A stretch of 64,000 bases of DNA from Marsupella aquatica. Taxonomy: Eukaryota > Plantae > Marchantiophyta. The translations under genes were made by a program, and so were the position numbers. The notes beneath the pieces are model-generated. The model was given only the letters and a program-made list of their open reading frames with translations, did no database searches and was not told the origin of the DNA. The DNA is taken from contig OZ316899.1 of NCBI GenBank assembly GCA_973895155.1, positions 12,120,834-12,184,833 of the forward strand, given 5' to 3'. Each line of letters starts with the position of its first letter. The first letter of the stretch is position 1. Shown here in pieces: positions 49,393-63,261 of this stretch.

Positions 49393-51676
49393 CTCATCCC
49401 GGAGGTAGCAGAATGCTTGGAGTTCTAGCGGTATGCCCTCCACATGATGGAACCCAGAGGAGAAATATCAGCCGCTCAGGTCATCCAGGTGGAGAACTAT
49501 CGGCCCAGGAAGTGGGCGTCCTTCTTCGTCAAGAAGTTCCACGAGGAGATGGAGCGGAGAAGGAAGACTTTGTACCTTGGCGGAAGGGCGTAGTTCGCTA
49601 GCCACATCGAAATCATCATCAAGTGGTACGCTTGTTTCGACCGCCGGAGCCTCCCGCGTCTCAACGAGCCCGAGCTGACCCCGCCAAAATAGGTGTTCCC
49701 AGCCCAGGTGAGGCGACCTCAGCCCGAGGCCCAAAGTCTGGCAGCTGCAAGTCCTGCTACCCCGGCCCCGCAACCCATCGCTGCCGCCCCGCCAAGCATA
49801 CCCATTGACGTTATCGCAACCTTAGACGCGATCAATCAGGACAATGCAATCAAAGTCGGGCCGGATGAAGCCATACACAAAGCAGATGCCACGGTAGCCA
49901 AGGGGATTTTTCCACCCCCCGCGGTGGTGCAGGAGAACCGCCCCCCTCCAGTGGAACCAGCCCCTTCGACCGACTTACCTCAAGGGCTAGATGTGTCCAC
50001 TCCTACTCCCGCACGGGTTGGAGTCTGCCCGTGCCCGAATCCAGATGGACACAGTCTAGATCATCCGGAACTCTTTGCGCCGGGCACATTTCTGAACGGG
50101 TTGTTGGGAGATTTCTCGCAACAGATCTCTTGGGACACCGGGGAATACATGGTCCGGAGGGTGGCCTACTTCTTCAACCAGGAGTTGGTTGCGGCTGTAA
50201 GGGCAGGACATGCGCAAGCAAAGACAATGCATAGAATAGAGCGATACCGGGTTGAGTCTACCTACCTGAAGGACGAAGTGGCAACCCTGGAGGCTGAACT
50301 CCAACAACTATGGCCTCAGGTAACCACAGAGGACCAGGTTGCCGAGGCTAGGGCCCAAGCAACTTTAGCAGAACAGGCCGGGCTCGGAAAGGACGCCGAG
50401 ATCGCACGGCTCCGGGCCAAGATTGACGGTTTGAAGGGACAAACCGTCAGTTGGCAAAAGGATCTGGAGGAAGCTGACTCTAGATCTCAGCGGGACATAG
50501 CCAAGATTGACACCCTAAAGACAGAGGTGGCGCGGCTTCAAAGAGAAGCCATAAAACAGGCCCAGTTGGTGGATAAGCTGACAAGCGACACCCAGCAACT
50601 GGAGGAGGCATGCCAGGAGGCCGCGAAAGAGGCGGACGCGGCAAAGCGGGAGAACGAATCTCTGCTAGACCAGGTCCAACTACTCAAGCAGGATGTCGAC
50701 AGACTCAGGAGGTAGCGGGATAGCCGCTCCCACTCGGGCGGCTCTGGCAAGCATGCCAGGCATTAGCGGCGGAGTAGGATTAAAATAGAGTAGGAGTAGC
50801 TAAATTAGGCTATAGGGACAAGCACCTGCCGTAGTTAAAGCAGCACTGCCATGCTGTACAACCTGCATAAATTAGGATCTTCTAATAAGACAAGCCATTT
50901 TCCGGCCTAACAGCCAGCTTAGTTAGGACCTTAGTTAGCAAATCTTCGGGCAAGAGGGCACTATGTTCCTCGGCCCTTAGTATTTAGTGCACCCCTCGGT
51001 AGAGGCAGGGGGGATTTTTAGTCTCAGTGTTGGACATCCGCGGTATGTGCGGGGAGTCCCGACCTTTGGGAGTGAAAGAGTACCAAGGGGAGGGTGTAGG
51101 ACTAAGCTCTCTGGGCAAGTGCGGAGCCGGGCTCTGTTGTAGTGAACACCCTCGGCCTTGGACCTGTTCATTCTAGAGCTTTCGGGTCAACTAAGTGTAC
51201 GCATATGTCTCCTATGTAGTAAAATCCTTTCCCATTATTTCGTTCGTGTAAATCGAGATTGTATGCTTGTGCGTATGTATATGTGTGAATCTCATGTATA
51301 GGTGCCAACGCTTGGCCAAACGCACTGTCTACCCAAGTCGTGCCCGGGGTGCAGCTTGCGGGTAAGTGGTTGCAAGCCCGGGTTGAGTACCCATACCATC
51401 AAATCCGGATCGAAGGCGGACAACACAAAGACTTAGAAGCCCGTAAGTCGGGGTCAATCCTGCTATCGACTGAGGTATGTTCCGGCGGTGGAACACAAAC
51501 CATACCTAAGAGGTGTCCGTATATGAGAATAGGCGCACTTAGCGCTAGTTTATGTGAGTTAGGTGCATTCCGTGCCTCCCTCCTTGCCCGAACCCTCATT
51601 TTGACAAAGGATGTGCCTGTCTAAGCCGAAGCCCAGGTTAAGGCCTAGGCTGACGACGTGACATAGCCTTTGTTTT

Positions 51677-51695
51677 TGGCGCTAGATGGAGGGGG
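51677..51695 (+). promoter_or_regulatory. Primer-binding site, 13 nt downstream of the LTR
   Basis: TGGCGCTAGATGGAGGGGG after the 5' LTR end; cognate tRNA not determined. Confidence 0.65.
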
Positions 51696-51792
51696 CACTC
51701 TACGTGTAGTAGAGGGGAGACATGTGTGGGTGCACCTGGGCAGAATACACCAGGCCCTTGTGAGTTACTAACCATTGCATTTATACGAGTAA

Positions 51793-54700
51793 ATGCCCGT
51801 CACTCGTTCTCAAGCAACTTACTTGAGGAGAGTGACCATCGAACAAGAGAGTGCAACCCCCACAAGCTCCGACTCTTCAGGTTTGGAGGATTCGCAATCG
51901 CCTCGACGAATGAACATACCACTGGGACCTTCGGGGTCCGGTCCAACCAATCCTGCTCCGGTCCCTGCTGCACCACCACCAGCACCGCCACCGCCACCAG
52001 TACCTATGGCAGCCGCCCCACCGGCTATGGCCCGCACTGCCCAAGCTCCCCCACAAACATCACAATGGTCGTGGTCCATTATCGACCTTTCAAAGGGCGT
52101 CATGGGGATGATCCGGATGAATGGTTGGATGAGTTTGAAGCCACTTCTAAGGCCAATGGGGAAGACGCCATTAAGCTAACTGTCCTCCCTGGAGTGATGC
52201 GGGGAGAAGCTCGTCCATGGTACAACTCGCTGCCACCCGGGACTACATGGGCACAATTCCAAGCTGCGTTGCTCCAAGAGTTTTGTGCCATTGGATCAGA
52301 GTAGCGTTCTTTATTAAAGATCGGCCAGCTTTGGATGGGAAAGAAGGAGTCCCTGCGAAAGTTCATTCAGAAGTTTCAAAAACTTGCTACCAAGATCCGG
52401 CCTAGGCCGGGTGACGCGCTCCAGCTTACGTGGTTCCTCCATGGTTTTCCCACAAATATGCAATTCTGGGTGCGCCAGAATAACCCAATTTCAATGCAAG
52501 CAGCCATAGCGTGCGCCAAAACCTACCGGGAGTCCACCTATAAATCCCAACAAAGCCAGTGGGCACGCCGTAGGAAGGGCAAGTACGAGACCTTCAGTGA
52601 TAGTGACTCTGAATCGGACGACAAGAAGAAGAAGAAATGCAAGAAGAAGAAGAAACATCATTCGACCTCGTCCAGTTTGGAGATAGAATCTAGTTCGGAT
52701 TTGACTTCAACCAGCGGATCCTCCACTTCTAGCTCATCAAGAAGTGATTCGGAGAGCAAGAGCCGGGGCAAGAAGAAGAAGAGGCGGGTTAAGAAGGAGG
52801 GGAAAATCAAGCCCCGTGTTTGAAGAGCGATACCTAATCCAAAGACTGCCCAAACATACAAGCTTAACAAAATCACGGATTGTCTCAAAGCATTGTCAGT
52901 ACATCTTGCGGAAAAGCCGGTGGAGAAGAAGAAGCCACCAGAGACCCGAGCCCATGCCTGGTGTTCAAAGTGCTTCCAATCCGGGCATATCGCGCAGGAA
53001 TGCCCAAGATGGAAGAACCGAGTCCACCAGGTGGAATTAGATGATGTTGACAACCTGGGACCTGAATTAGAGTCCATGGAGTATTTCTTTGAAGATCCCC
53101 CTGATTCGATGTATCAGATTTCAACGGTGGGTCCGAGTAACTTAGCAAGTAGAACTGCATACCCCTACCCAAAAAATGGCAGAAGTTTCCAAGTTATCAG
53201 TAACCCAAGCATTCCTCCTAAGCCAGGGATTTGGCGATCCCCGGTTTGTTACAACTGTGAGAAGCCAGGCCACTTTGCAAGGGAATGCACCGAACCAAGG
53301 CGCCAGGGGGATGGCCGAGGCACACCACTATGTCAAGTCTGCAAAACGGAAGCTCATTCCACGGCCAACTGTCCATTGGTAATAGCCGCTCGAACAAACG
53401 CAACAAGACCAGCCTAGGGCGGACCGACCACGAGCGATGCAGTCGTCCAAATGATTGCTGTGGAATGGCAAGATGACAACACCAAGTGGGTAAATCTGGT
53501 GGACGTGGCAAAGCACCCTAATCCATCGGACGAGGCTGAGTGCTACCAAGTGTCAACGAGAGCCGAGCGGAAGGAAGAGAAACAGGAAGAAAAATGCAGG
53601 AAAAAGCAAGATACTACTCCAGTGCAGCCAGCGATAGATATACCCCCGGAGAAGGACAATGACTACCGTCGGGATGACTCGAAGCTATTTTACCCCCACA
53701 TCAAAGAATTGGTAAAGAAACAGTTGGAGGCCTACAAAGCTCGGGAATACCAGAAGGCAATCAATAAGGACATCAAAGCAGCCAAGGCCGCCTAATGACA
53801 GGAGCAAGAAAAGCAGGAGGAGGAAGCCAAGCAGCAACCGAAGGAAGAAAAGAAGGAGGACTATGATATTAAGGAAGACGTGAAGAGTTGCCCGGTTACG
53901 GCAACGGTAGGGCAACTGCTACAGAACAATCCATAGTACCGATGGCAACTGAGGGAGTTGCTTACGGGTCGGCGACGGAGGCGACTACCCCAAGTTGGGA
54001 TCGCGGACTGCAACATGATATGCGAAGATCTAGGAGCGCTGGACATCTCGATTGAGATCAATAATTGTACCATCAAGATGGTTCTTGTAGACGGAGGAGC
54101 GGGAGTCAACATCATGACTGAGGAAACATCAGTTAAGTTAGGATACCTCACGTATCAACCCACAGCCCGAGCGATCAGATTAGCAAACGGGGCAAGGGTC
54201 CTTCCATTGGGCACGCTCACGCGGGTGCTCACTCTTGTAGGAGGGGTGGAGTTCTATCTCAACTTCCTAGTCATGAGGCCGGTTCGGCCCTCCTCTTATC
54301 CGGTCCTTCTGGGCAGGCCGTGGTTGTATGGTGGCCGTGTAGTCACGGATTGGGGAAAGAAGGAGCTACGGTTCGGGACACCCACAGTACGAGTATCATG
54401 GGCAATGGATGATTACCAGGGTGCAACCCCATAGGGACTCGAGGAATATGATTTGGAGACCTCGGAGGAAGACGAGCTCAATATGATTGAACTCATTTCG
54501 TCATCACGATTTGACGGGAGTCTCCCCCGAGTTGGGAGAACACACGATCGATTTGAACCTGGGGGCCCATGCAGTACGACAGCGACAATGTCGCATGAAC
54601 CCGAGGTACTCCATCTTAGTGAAGGAGGAAATTGATCATACCAAAGAAGGGAGGTACGGACGGAAAACCTAAGATTTGGATCTGTCAGGACTATTGTAAG

Positions 54701-57700
54701 CTGAACGATGCAACCCGGAAAGACCATTACCCATTACCATTCACGGATATGATTCTAGATATGGTAGCTCAAAACAAAATTTATACATTCCTTGACGGGT
54801 ATTCAGGTTATAATCAAATCTGGATCCGCCTCTCGGATCAGCTCAAAACAACGTTCACTACGGAATGGGGGACATTCGCATTTTGGAGAATGCTGTTCGG
54901 GCTATGTAACGCCCCGGCCATGTTTCAGCGACTCATGATGAATATCTTCCATGATTTCCTACGGGAATTTCTGGAAATATTTATCGACAACTTTGCCATC
55001 TTTGGAACCGTCGCCATGCACCCCGAACATCTACGACGTACGCTACAACGATGCCGAGAGGTTAACCTCAAGCTACATCCCGCTAAATGTTTTTTCGGGG
55101 TAGAGGAGGGAGTGTTACTCGGACATCGTGTGTCCAAGCGGGGTATCAAGGTGGACCAAGAGAAGGTCGCGGCTTGGATGGCGGTGGTGTTTCCCATAGA
55201 TCAAAAAGTGGTACAATCCTTCTTGGGCTGTGTAGGGTACTATCATCGATTCATTAAATATTTTGCTAAGATTGCGTTGCCCTTAACTGAGATGATAAAG
55301 AAGGATGCGGTGATCGAGGAGACACCTAGGAGACAGATTGCTTTTGAAGAACTCCGTAAATGACTCACCACCGCACCTATCATGGTCACCCCGGACTGGA
55401 ATAAGGAGTTCCATGTGTATGTCGATGTGTCAGGATTCTGTATCGGGTCCGTGCTCAGTCAGCTTGATGCGGACGGACGTGAACACCCCATCTACTTCGC
55501 TAGCCGTCAACTATTCACAGCCAAATATAATAATTCTCCCACTGATCGAGAAGCTCTGGGAATAATCTACTCATGTAAGAAGTTCTGACATTGTCTGCTC
55601 GGCTACAAGGTCATATTCCACACGGATCATGATAGCCTAAAGTACATGGTCAACAAAGCGGACGTGACGGGATGGATAGCCCGGTGGGTGCTACTTCTCC
55701 AAGAATTTAACTACAAAGTTTGGGTTCGGCCAGGAAAGGCACATCTCAACGCCGACTTCTTTTCAAGGCTGGACGGCGTACCAGTTGATCAGCCAATTAA
55801 TGATACTTTTCCGGACGAGGAGTTATTCCACGTAGGGGCGGGAGCGCCTACGTGGTACGGCTCAATAATCACCCTCCTCTTAATAGGCCGCATCCCCAAC
55901 GACATCAATCAGGAGGCCGCCGCTGTGTTTTTACGGAAGGCCGGACCATACGTTATGATACAGGGTCACCTACACAAGGAAGGAGTAAATGGGAAGCTAC
56001 GACGCTGTCATGAGGTTTCTTCCTAAGGGAGAAATCCTCATGTTTAGCTTGTGCAAAAGAAGAGAAAGAAAAAGATTAAAACATGCAACTTTTGCATTTT
56101 TTTTGTGGATGGACAAGTAAATAATGGTGATACAAGTATAATGTAGAACCAATAAGGAAGTAGTTGGTAGGTCCTACATGGTTGGATTCCATGTTTCTTC
56201 TTTTTTTTACTAAAGTTAAGTTTGACCAAAATGGGCTAATAATAGAAAAGTTTTTGTATTTCTTACTATTTTTAGTAACAAAAAATCGGAGCAATTTGGC
56301 AAGATTAGTTTGGCCAATGGGATCATCAATAGGAATTTAAGATCCAATGGCAAAGAAGATAGAGCCACTCCATATTTTTGCTTAATAGCTTAGTAATGGG
56401 TATTTATTTATCCACTAATTATGTACAAAGCTTATTCTTAGAACTTTTGGAGAAAATAGGATTATTTGGAGTAATTTAACCATAGTTAAGTACCTAGCTA
56501 GGGAGGTGGCAAGCTTGGGTTTGAAATTCAAAGGAGAGGATCAAAGATGACTTGTTGGCTACCTCCTATTCACTTAGATCTTACTCAAGTTAAAATGCTA
56601 GTTAACCGATAAGGTGGCAGTTTCCGGTTTGCAAGCAAATGAAGGGGAGACAATTGTTAGGTGGCATGTGCAAGAGATAGGGCTCGAGCTTTGGAGTGCA
56701 AGACAAGGTTGGGTAGGTGAAGAGGAGGGTTGTGGCGTGGCACTAATGGCCACCCCTTCTTACTAAAGTTAAAAGAGTTGTTAAACCGGTAAGGTGGTAG
56801 TTTCCGGTTTGCAAGCAAATGAAGGGGAGACAAGTGTTGGTGTTGGCATGGCTAAGGGTGAAGCTCAAGCTTGAGTATGACAACTCAAGCTAGGAGACAA
56901 GGTCGAGCCTTGCCTTGGTGGTGGGCTACTATTTGTGGAGGTTAACTAGGTGGTTGAGTTCACAGAGGTGGCAAAAGCTAGTTGGACTGCAAGTTAGGCC
57001 TTGACAAGTGTTGGGGAGGCTTGGATGGTGGTTGGAGCTTGAGTTTAGGTTGGTTTGGAATTGGTCCATGGTTTTGCTGTTGTCTGGTCCCTATTTGCTC
57101 AACATTCACTTGGATTTAGTGCCTGGTTTATGGTGGAGAGGTGGCGGGCAGTTGTTGGGCTGCTAGTGAATTGCTGGCAAGTGCTTGGTTGGTGTGAAGT
57201 GGGCTGGAGGAGGAAGTTGCGAATTCTGATGGGGGAGGCTGGTCAGGGGCTTAAGGGAGAGCTTGGAGGGAAGGTGGAGATCATTCTTCATTCTCACTTT
57301 CTCAGAGTTGAGAGCTTGGAGGTGGGGAAGAGACATATTGCCATGATTGTGAGTAAAAGAGCCATAGCTCCTCTCTTCTAGGTGCCTAATGTTTGAAGGG
57401 CCTAGTTGAGAGTTGGGAGGTAGTTTCTTTGATGGAAGAGGGACATGGGGAAGTAGATCTGAAGGAATTGGGCTTATGTGTGCTTGGAGGTGTGTTGCTT
57501 AACCTTGAGTGCAGCTGCCTTGGTAATTGACTTGTTCATTCACCTACCGATGTGGATTTGTCTTGCCTTGGGGGTCTGTGTAGCTTGGAAGGGGCACCTT
57601 TGTTGCAATCCTTACCCAATATCTAGAACATTGAAAGTAAGGTGGAAATTATTGGCTTCACTCTTGTGCGGAAGCGCTGGCCAATTTTCCACTCAGTTTG

Positions 57701-59368
57701 GGAGAAGGAAACATTGAAGGATGATAAGTAAGGAGTATGGAAGGGGAAGAGCTTTCTCCATGGTTGAGGCTTTGCTTGCTTGAGAGTTGAAGTTCTTGAA
57801 GTTGTTATGATGGTGTAGGACAAGAGTAGATAGGCTATTTTGAAGCCTTGTTTTTGATAGACTTGTTGGAGGGGTTGAGATGCAATCTTATACATACTAC
57901 TTGGTGTTACTTGCTAGGAGGGTCTTGATGGAGACCTACTTTTGACTTAGAAAAACCTATAGTTATTGATTATTGAGGAGAAGTTGTCCTCAATTTTGTA
58001 AATGGATGAGTTCTTTGCTTTGCCTATGGATGAGGTGGATAATTTTGTGATGCTTGGTTGATTAGAAGTCTTGTTGCTTAGAGTTGTCTTGTTGGTAACC
58101 GTCTACTATCTCAAGCAGCCATACACCCAGCGTGTTTCTCAAGACCTTTCCCACCTTTTTGCTTATCCTCAAGACAACGCTGCTTAGAGTACAAGGAGAC
58201 GCTCATTGTTATGTGGGCCTTGCATGAAGAAGAAGCTGGAGGCCATTTTGCGTCTCTCATGACAGCCCGAAAGATTCTGGATTTGGGGTATTGGTGGCCT
58301 ACGTTGTATCAAGATGTACAACGCTTTATCAAGGGATGTGATTTGTGTCAGCGGGCTGGTGCCCCGAGGAGAACCCATAACCACCCCCTCACTTTTGTGC
58401 TCCCGCTAGCACCATTCAAGAAGTGGGGTATTGATTATATCGGGCCGTTCACTCCCGTTACCCGATGATGAAGATGCAGGTACATCCTGCTAGCTATAGA
58501 TTACTCCACCAAATGGGTCGAAGCACGGGCTACGGTAAAGGATGACGCTGCAACCAGCGCCAAGTTCTTATACGAGCAGATCTTCACCCGGTTTGGGCCG
58601 CCCTTGGAGTTAGTAAGCGGCCGTGGAACACACTTCCTCAATGACACCGTAGCCCAGCTTATGGAGCGTTACCTAGTCAAGCACCGCAAGACTACCCCAT
58701 ATCATCCTAAAGCCAACGGGCTGACAGAGAGAGCCAATGGTATCATTGGGAAGATCCTCAACAAGACAGTAGCCGCGCACAAAATGGATTGGGATGACAA
58801 GTTGTACGCAGCGGTGTATTTGTATAATCTGGCTTAAAAGACTACTACGAGTCACAGCCCGTACTTTCTCGTGTTCAACCAACATTCGTTGGTGCCCGTT
58901 GAGTTCAAAGTCCACACTCCCCGGGTAAGCATTCGGGATCGCTTACCCGAAGTTGAAAGTTCGTCGGATAGAGCTTATCAGATTGAAGCATTAGAAGAAG
59001 CACGGTTGTTGGTAGCTCGACACGTCGTAAAGCAGCAGGTAGCTTCCAAGAAGCAGCACGACAAAGGACTACGGAAGGTCGACGTTGTGACAGGCGATCT
59101 AGTCCTACTGTACGATAGTAGGTACATGCAGTTTCCGGGGAAGCTTCATACCCATTGGTTAGTGCCTTTCCTAGTCAATCAGATCTACCCTAATGGATCT
59201 TTGGAACTCGCAACATACGCCGGCGATTTACTACCCACGCGAGTCAGTTACGATCGTGTGAAGAAGTACCGCCATCAAGACAACGACGCCGAGAGTGATG
59301 TTTGCGAGGACGCTTCACAATTAAGCAGGGAGCTATGTGACGCCGCCGGTACGGTGGGTAATGAGTGA
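51793..59368 (+). pseudogene. gag-pol (Gag with three CCHC knuckles, protease, RT, RNase H, integrase), decayed
   Basis: FKG..DDPDEWL; CSKCFQSGHIAQEC, CYNCEKPGHFAREC, CQVCKTEAHSTANC; VLVDGGAGVNIM; FLDGYSGYNQI..FGLCNAPA..FIDN; PIYFASR; WGIDYIGP; YHPKANGLTER. Confidence 0.95.
56006..58176. mobile_element. Unrelated solo LTR (2171 bp) inserted in pol
   Basis: TGTCATGAGG...CCTCAAGACA inverted termini; 4-bp TSD ACGC; removal restores frame KLRRCLE. Confidence 0.88.
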
Positions 59369-59812
59369 TTCGGTCTAACCGCGCTTAGCACGCGCGTTAG
59401 GGGTATCTTAGGCCGTTATTATTAGCATAACGACAATATTTAGGTAGCCATTATGAGTAGGAAATCATTAGTCAATAAGGGGAATTCATGTTCGGGCTGG
59501 CGGCGGGTCACCATTCGCCCGCCCGGGTTGCGAGCGTGTAATGGGCCCCCTTTCCCCCCCCCCCCTCGGGTCTGTATAACGAACTTCGGGAGGCGGCCAC
59601 TAACACAAGCTGACCCGGACCGGTGAAGGGGCCGGTACATTGCAAGCGTGAAAGGCTCGGTCTATAAGCGACGAGGAGGCATTGGGCGATCGACGAGCTC
59701 TCAGGGTATAAAAGGGGGCCGATCCTTTGCAGTGCACCAATTCTTTAGTCCACGCGCCAGCTTCGACCCCGGCTCTCTCGCTTTTTCCTTAGTCACCTGC
59801 TATCTCCTCTGA

Positions 59813-62422
59813 ATGTTGCACACGATCCTTTCCAGTTCGGCCATGCAATTTTGGACTCAATTCCTGTCTATCGGAGGGCACCTGGCCAACTCATTGAAAC
59901 ACACCAACCTATGCTGATACGAGATCGAACGCGAATACAAGAGAGCCATCTGCCATCAGGACGACACCACTATCTCCTTAACTTTGATTACCCATCCCAG
60001 AGCAAGCTTTACCAACCCAAAGAAGTATCAAGGTACTTCTTTGACGGAGGCAAATACACCGGCTTCTGGGAGGCATTGCTTCGGCTTCCGGACGAGGTCT
60101 TCAATATCCCGGGCACGATTGACTTGCAGCGGCACCACTTTGACCACATCCTCGCTCGGGTCCGGGCTATCATCAACAGCAAGTTCAACACTGCCCGGTC
60201 GACAGGGCCGTCTTCACTTGCTTTGGAAAACCTCCACCGGCACCTGCAGAACTTCATGGCAACTCTACCATCAACGACCAGTGCCGGCCAACCCGTGCCC
60301 GTACCCACACCTACACCTCCTCGGCCTCAGCCAAGCCGGTCCCCACCACCGGTTCCACCACCTCTCCGAGTACGATCCATGGTGAATGCGGTAAATATTA
60401 GCTCCAAAGACGAGGAGGCTCACCCTCCTCTGAATCGACGGCCGCGGGGTACGACTCAACGAGCGCCGAACAACCCAACACCACTCTAGCAAGCCCAAGG
60501 GGATAACACGGTAACTCTAGCGGCCCCGACACCAATACTCATGGCAGTTGCGCTACCACCACCTGACCGAGAGGAAGGAGAGGTGTCCCCCTCTTCTAGT
60601 CACCCCAAGAATCAGTCTCGGGGTAGGAAGAGGAAGGAGCCCGCAGCCGTATCCGGGTTGCCTTTGGCCACGGTTGCGGTAGCCAAGCTGACCATGCATT
60701 GCATGGGGGACAATGTTCACAAGAACATCCTCCACCCCAAGCATGCATGCTATCTGAAGACCCAAGGGTTTGAGCACCTCGCCTCTCTCCCTTGGAACTC
60801 AAGCAGGTACTACAGACATGATATATCGGAGTTCATTCAGAACTTCAACGAGGCCCGTCAACAAATCCAAGCGCACGGGAGAGTGATATGTCTCAATGAG
60901 GCACGTCTAAAGATGATTTTTGGTTTACCCAAGGGGATAAACCAAGTAGAGTCGCGGGCTCCTGGGGGCAAGCGAGCTAAATACCAGTCCTCTAGTTTCC
61001 CGACCGAGGGGGTAGTGGACAATGGGTTCTTAATGAGGACGTGCCTCATCCCGGAGGTAGCAGAACGCTTGGAGTTCCAGCGGTATGCCCTCCACATGAT
61101 GGAACCCAGAGGAGAAATATCGGCCGCTCAGGTCATCCAGGTGAAGAACTATTAGCCCAAGAAGTGGGCGACCTTCTTTGTCAAGAAGTTCCACGAGGAG
61201 ATGGAGCGGAGAAGGAAGACTTTGTACCTTGGCGGAAGGGCGTACTTCGCTAGCCACATTGAAATCATCATCGAATGGTACGCTCGTTTCGACCGCCGGA
61301 GCCTCCCGCGTCTCAAGAAGCCCGAGCTGACCCCGCCAAAATAGGTGTTCCCAGCCCAGGTGAGGTGACCGCAGCCCGAGGCCCAAAGTCTGGCAGCTGC
61401 AAGTCCTGCTACCCCGGTCCCGCAACCCGCCGCTGCCGCCCCGCCAGGCATACCCATTGACGTTGTCGCAACCTTAGACGCGGTCAATCGGGACAATGCA
61501 ATCAAAGTCGGGCCGGATGAAGCCATACCCAAAGCAGATGCCACGGTAGCTGAGGGGATTCCGCCACCCCCCCGCGGTGGTGCAGGAGAACCACCCACCT
61601 CCAGTGGAACCAGCCCCTTTGACCGACTTACCTCAAGGGCTGGATATGTCCACTCCTACTCCCGCACGGGTTGGAGTCTGCCCGTGCCCGAATCCAGATG
61701 GACACAGTCTAGATCATCCGGAACTCTTTACACCGGGCACATTTCTAAACGGGTTGTTGGGAGATTTCTTGCAACAGATCTCTCGGGACACCGGGGAATA
61801 CATGGCCCGGAGGGTGGCCTACTTCTTCAACCAGGAGTTGGTTGCGGCTGTAAGGGCAGGACATGCGCAAGTAGAGACAGCGTAGAGAATAGCGCGATAT
61901 CGGGTTGAGTCTGCCTACCTGAAGGACGAAGTGGCAACCCTGGAGGCTGAACTCCAGCAACTACGGCCTCAGGTAACGGCCATGGAGGACCAGGTTGCCG
62001 AGGCTAGGGCCCGAGCAGCTTTAGCAGAACAGGCCGGGCTCAAAAAGGACGCTGAGATCGCATGGCTCCGGGCCAAGATTGATGGTTTGAAGGGACAAAC
62101 CGTCAGTTGGCAAAAGGATCTGGAGGAAGCTAACTCTAGATCTCAGCGGGACACAGCCAAGATTGACACCCTAAAGACAGAGGTGGCGCGGCTTCAAGGA
62201 GAAGCCAGGAAACAGGCCCACTTGGTGGATAAGCTGACGAGCAACACCCAGCAACTGGAGGAGGCATGCCAGGAGGCTGCGAAAGAGGCGGACGCGGCGA
62301 AGCAGGAGAATGGATCTCTGCTGGACCAGGTCCAGCTACTCAAGTAGGACGCCGACAGACTCAGAAGGCAGCAGGATAGCCGCTCCCACTCGGGCGGCTC
62401 TGGTAAGCATGCCAGGCATTAG
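59813..62422 (+). pseudogene. 3' LTR copy of the LTR-encoded protein (stops and frameshifts)
   Basis: ORF fragments 59851-60489, 60541-61155, 61577-61885 and 61931-62347 match the 878-aa protein. Confidence 0.88.
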
Positions 62423-62982
62423 CGGCGGAGTAGGATTAAAATAGAGTAGGAGTAGCTAAATTAGGCTATAGGGACAAGCACCTGCCCTAGTTAAAGCAGC
62501 ACTGCCATGCTGTACAACCTGCGTAGATTAGGATCTTCTAATAAGACAAGCCATTTTCCGGCCTGACAGCCAGCTTAGTTAGGACCTTAGTTAGCAAATC
62601 TTCGGGCAAGAGGGCACTCTGTTCCTAGGCCCTTAGTATTTAGTGCACCCCTCGATAGAGGCAGGGGGATTTTTAGTCTCAGTGTTGGACATCCGCGGTA
62701 TGTGCGGGGACACCCAACCTCTGGGAGTGAAAGAGTACCAAGGGGAGGGTGTAGGACTAAGCTTGTTGGGCAAGTGCAGAGCCGGGCTCCGTTGTAGTGA
62801 ACACCCTCGGCCTTGGACCTGTTCATTCCAGAGATTTTGGGTCAACTAAGTGTACGCATATGTCTTCTATGTAGTAAAATCCTTTCCCATTATTTCCTTT
62901 GTGTAAATCGAGATTGTATGCTTGTGCGTATGTATATGTGTGAATCTCGTGTATAGGTGCCAACGCTTGGCCAAACGCACTA

Positions 62983-63261
62983 ATCAATACTTTCACTAAT
63001 TTTGGACTATTATTCTCAATTTGGATTATTCATAACAACTTTTTGGAAACAAAAATATAGATAAATAAGAGACTTATCAAAGTCACCCTAGGAAAGTTTT
63101 GACCAAGATGTATTAAGCTTAACAAGCTGCTTCAAATGAATCTATGCACAACACATGATGTATTATAGAACTCAAGTTATAGATCAAAGAACACCTTATG
63201 TTGGAAATTTCATGATCAACATTTGGACAAAAGAATGTCCAGAATTAGCGAAATTAGTGAT
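62983..63261. mobile_element. 279-bp AT-rich MITE
   Basis: Absent from the other LTR copies; left TIR ATCAATACTTTCACTAATTTTTGGAC versus right TIR (reverse complement) ATCACTAATTTCGCTAATTCTGGAC; 4-bp TSD ACTA. Confidence 0.85.

Larger units (their letters stand above)
44845..50766 (+). pseudogene. 5' LTR copy of the LTR-encoded protein, split by an insertion and a 684-bp deletion
   Basis: MSHTILSS.. at 44845; resumes at 49393 and ends ..HSGGSGKHARH* at 50766. Confidence 0.85.
44374..51663 (+). repeat. 5' LTR, interrupted by an inverted solo LTR
   Basis: Colinear with 59336-63597 on both sides of 45394-49392. Confidence 0.92.
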
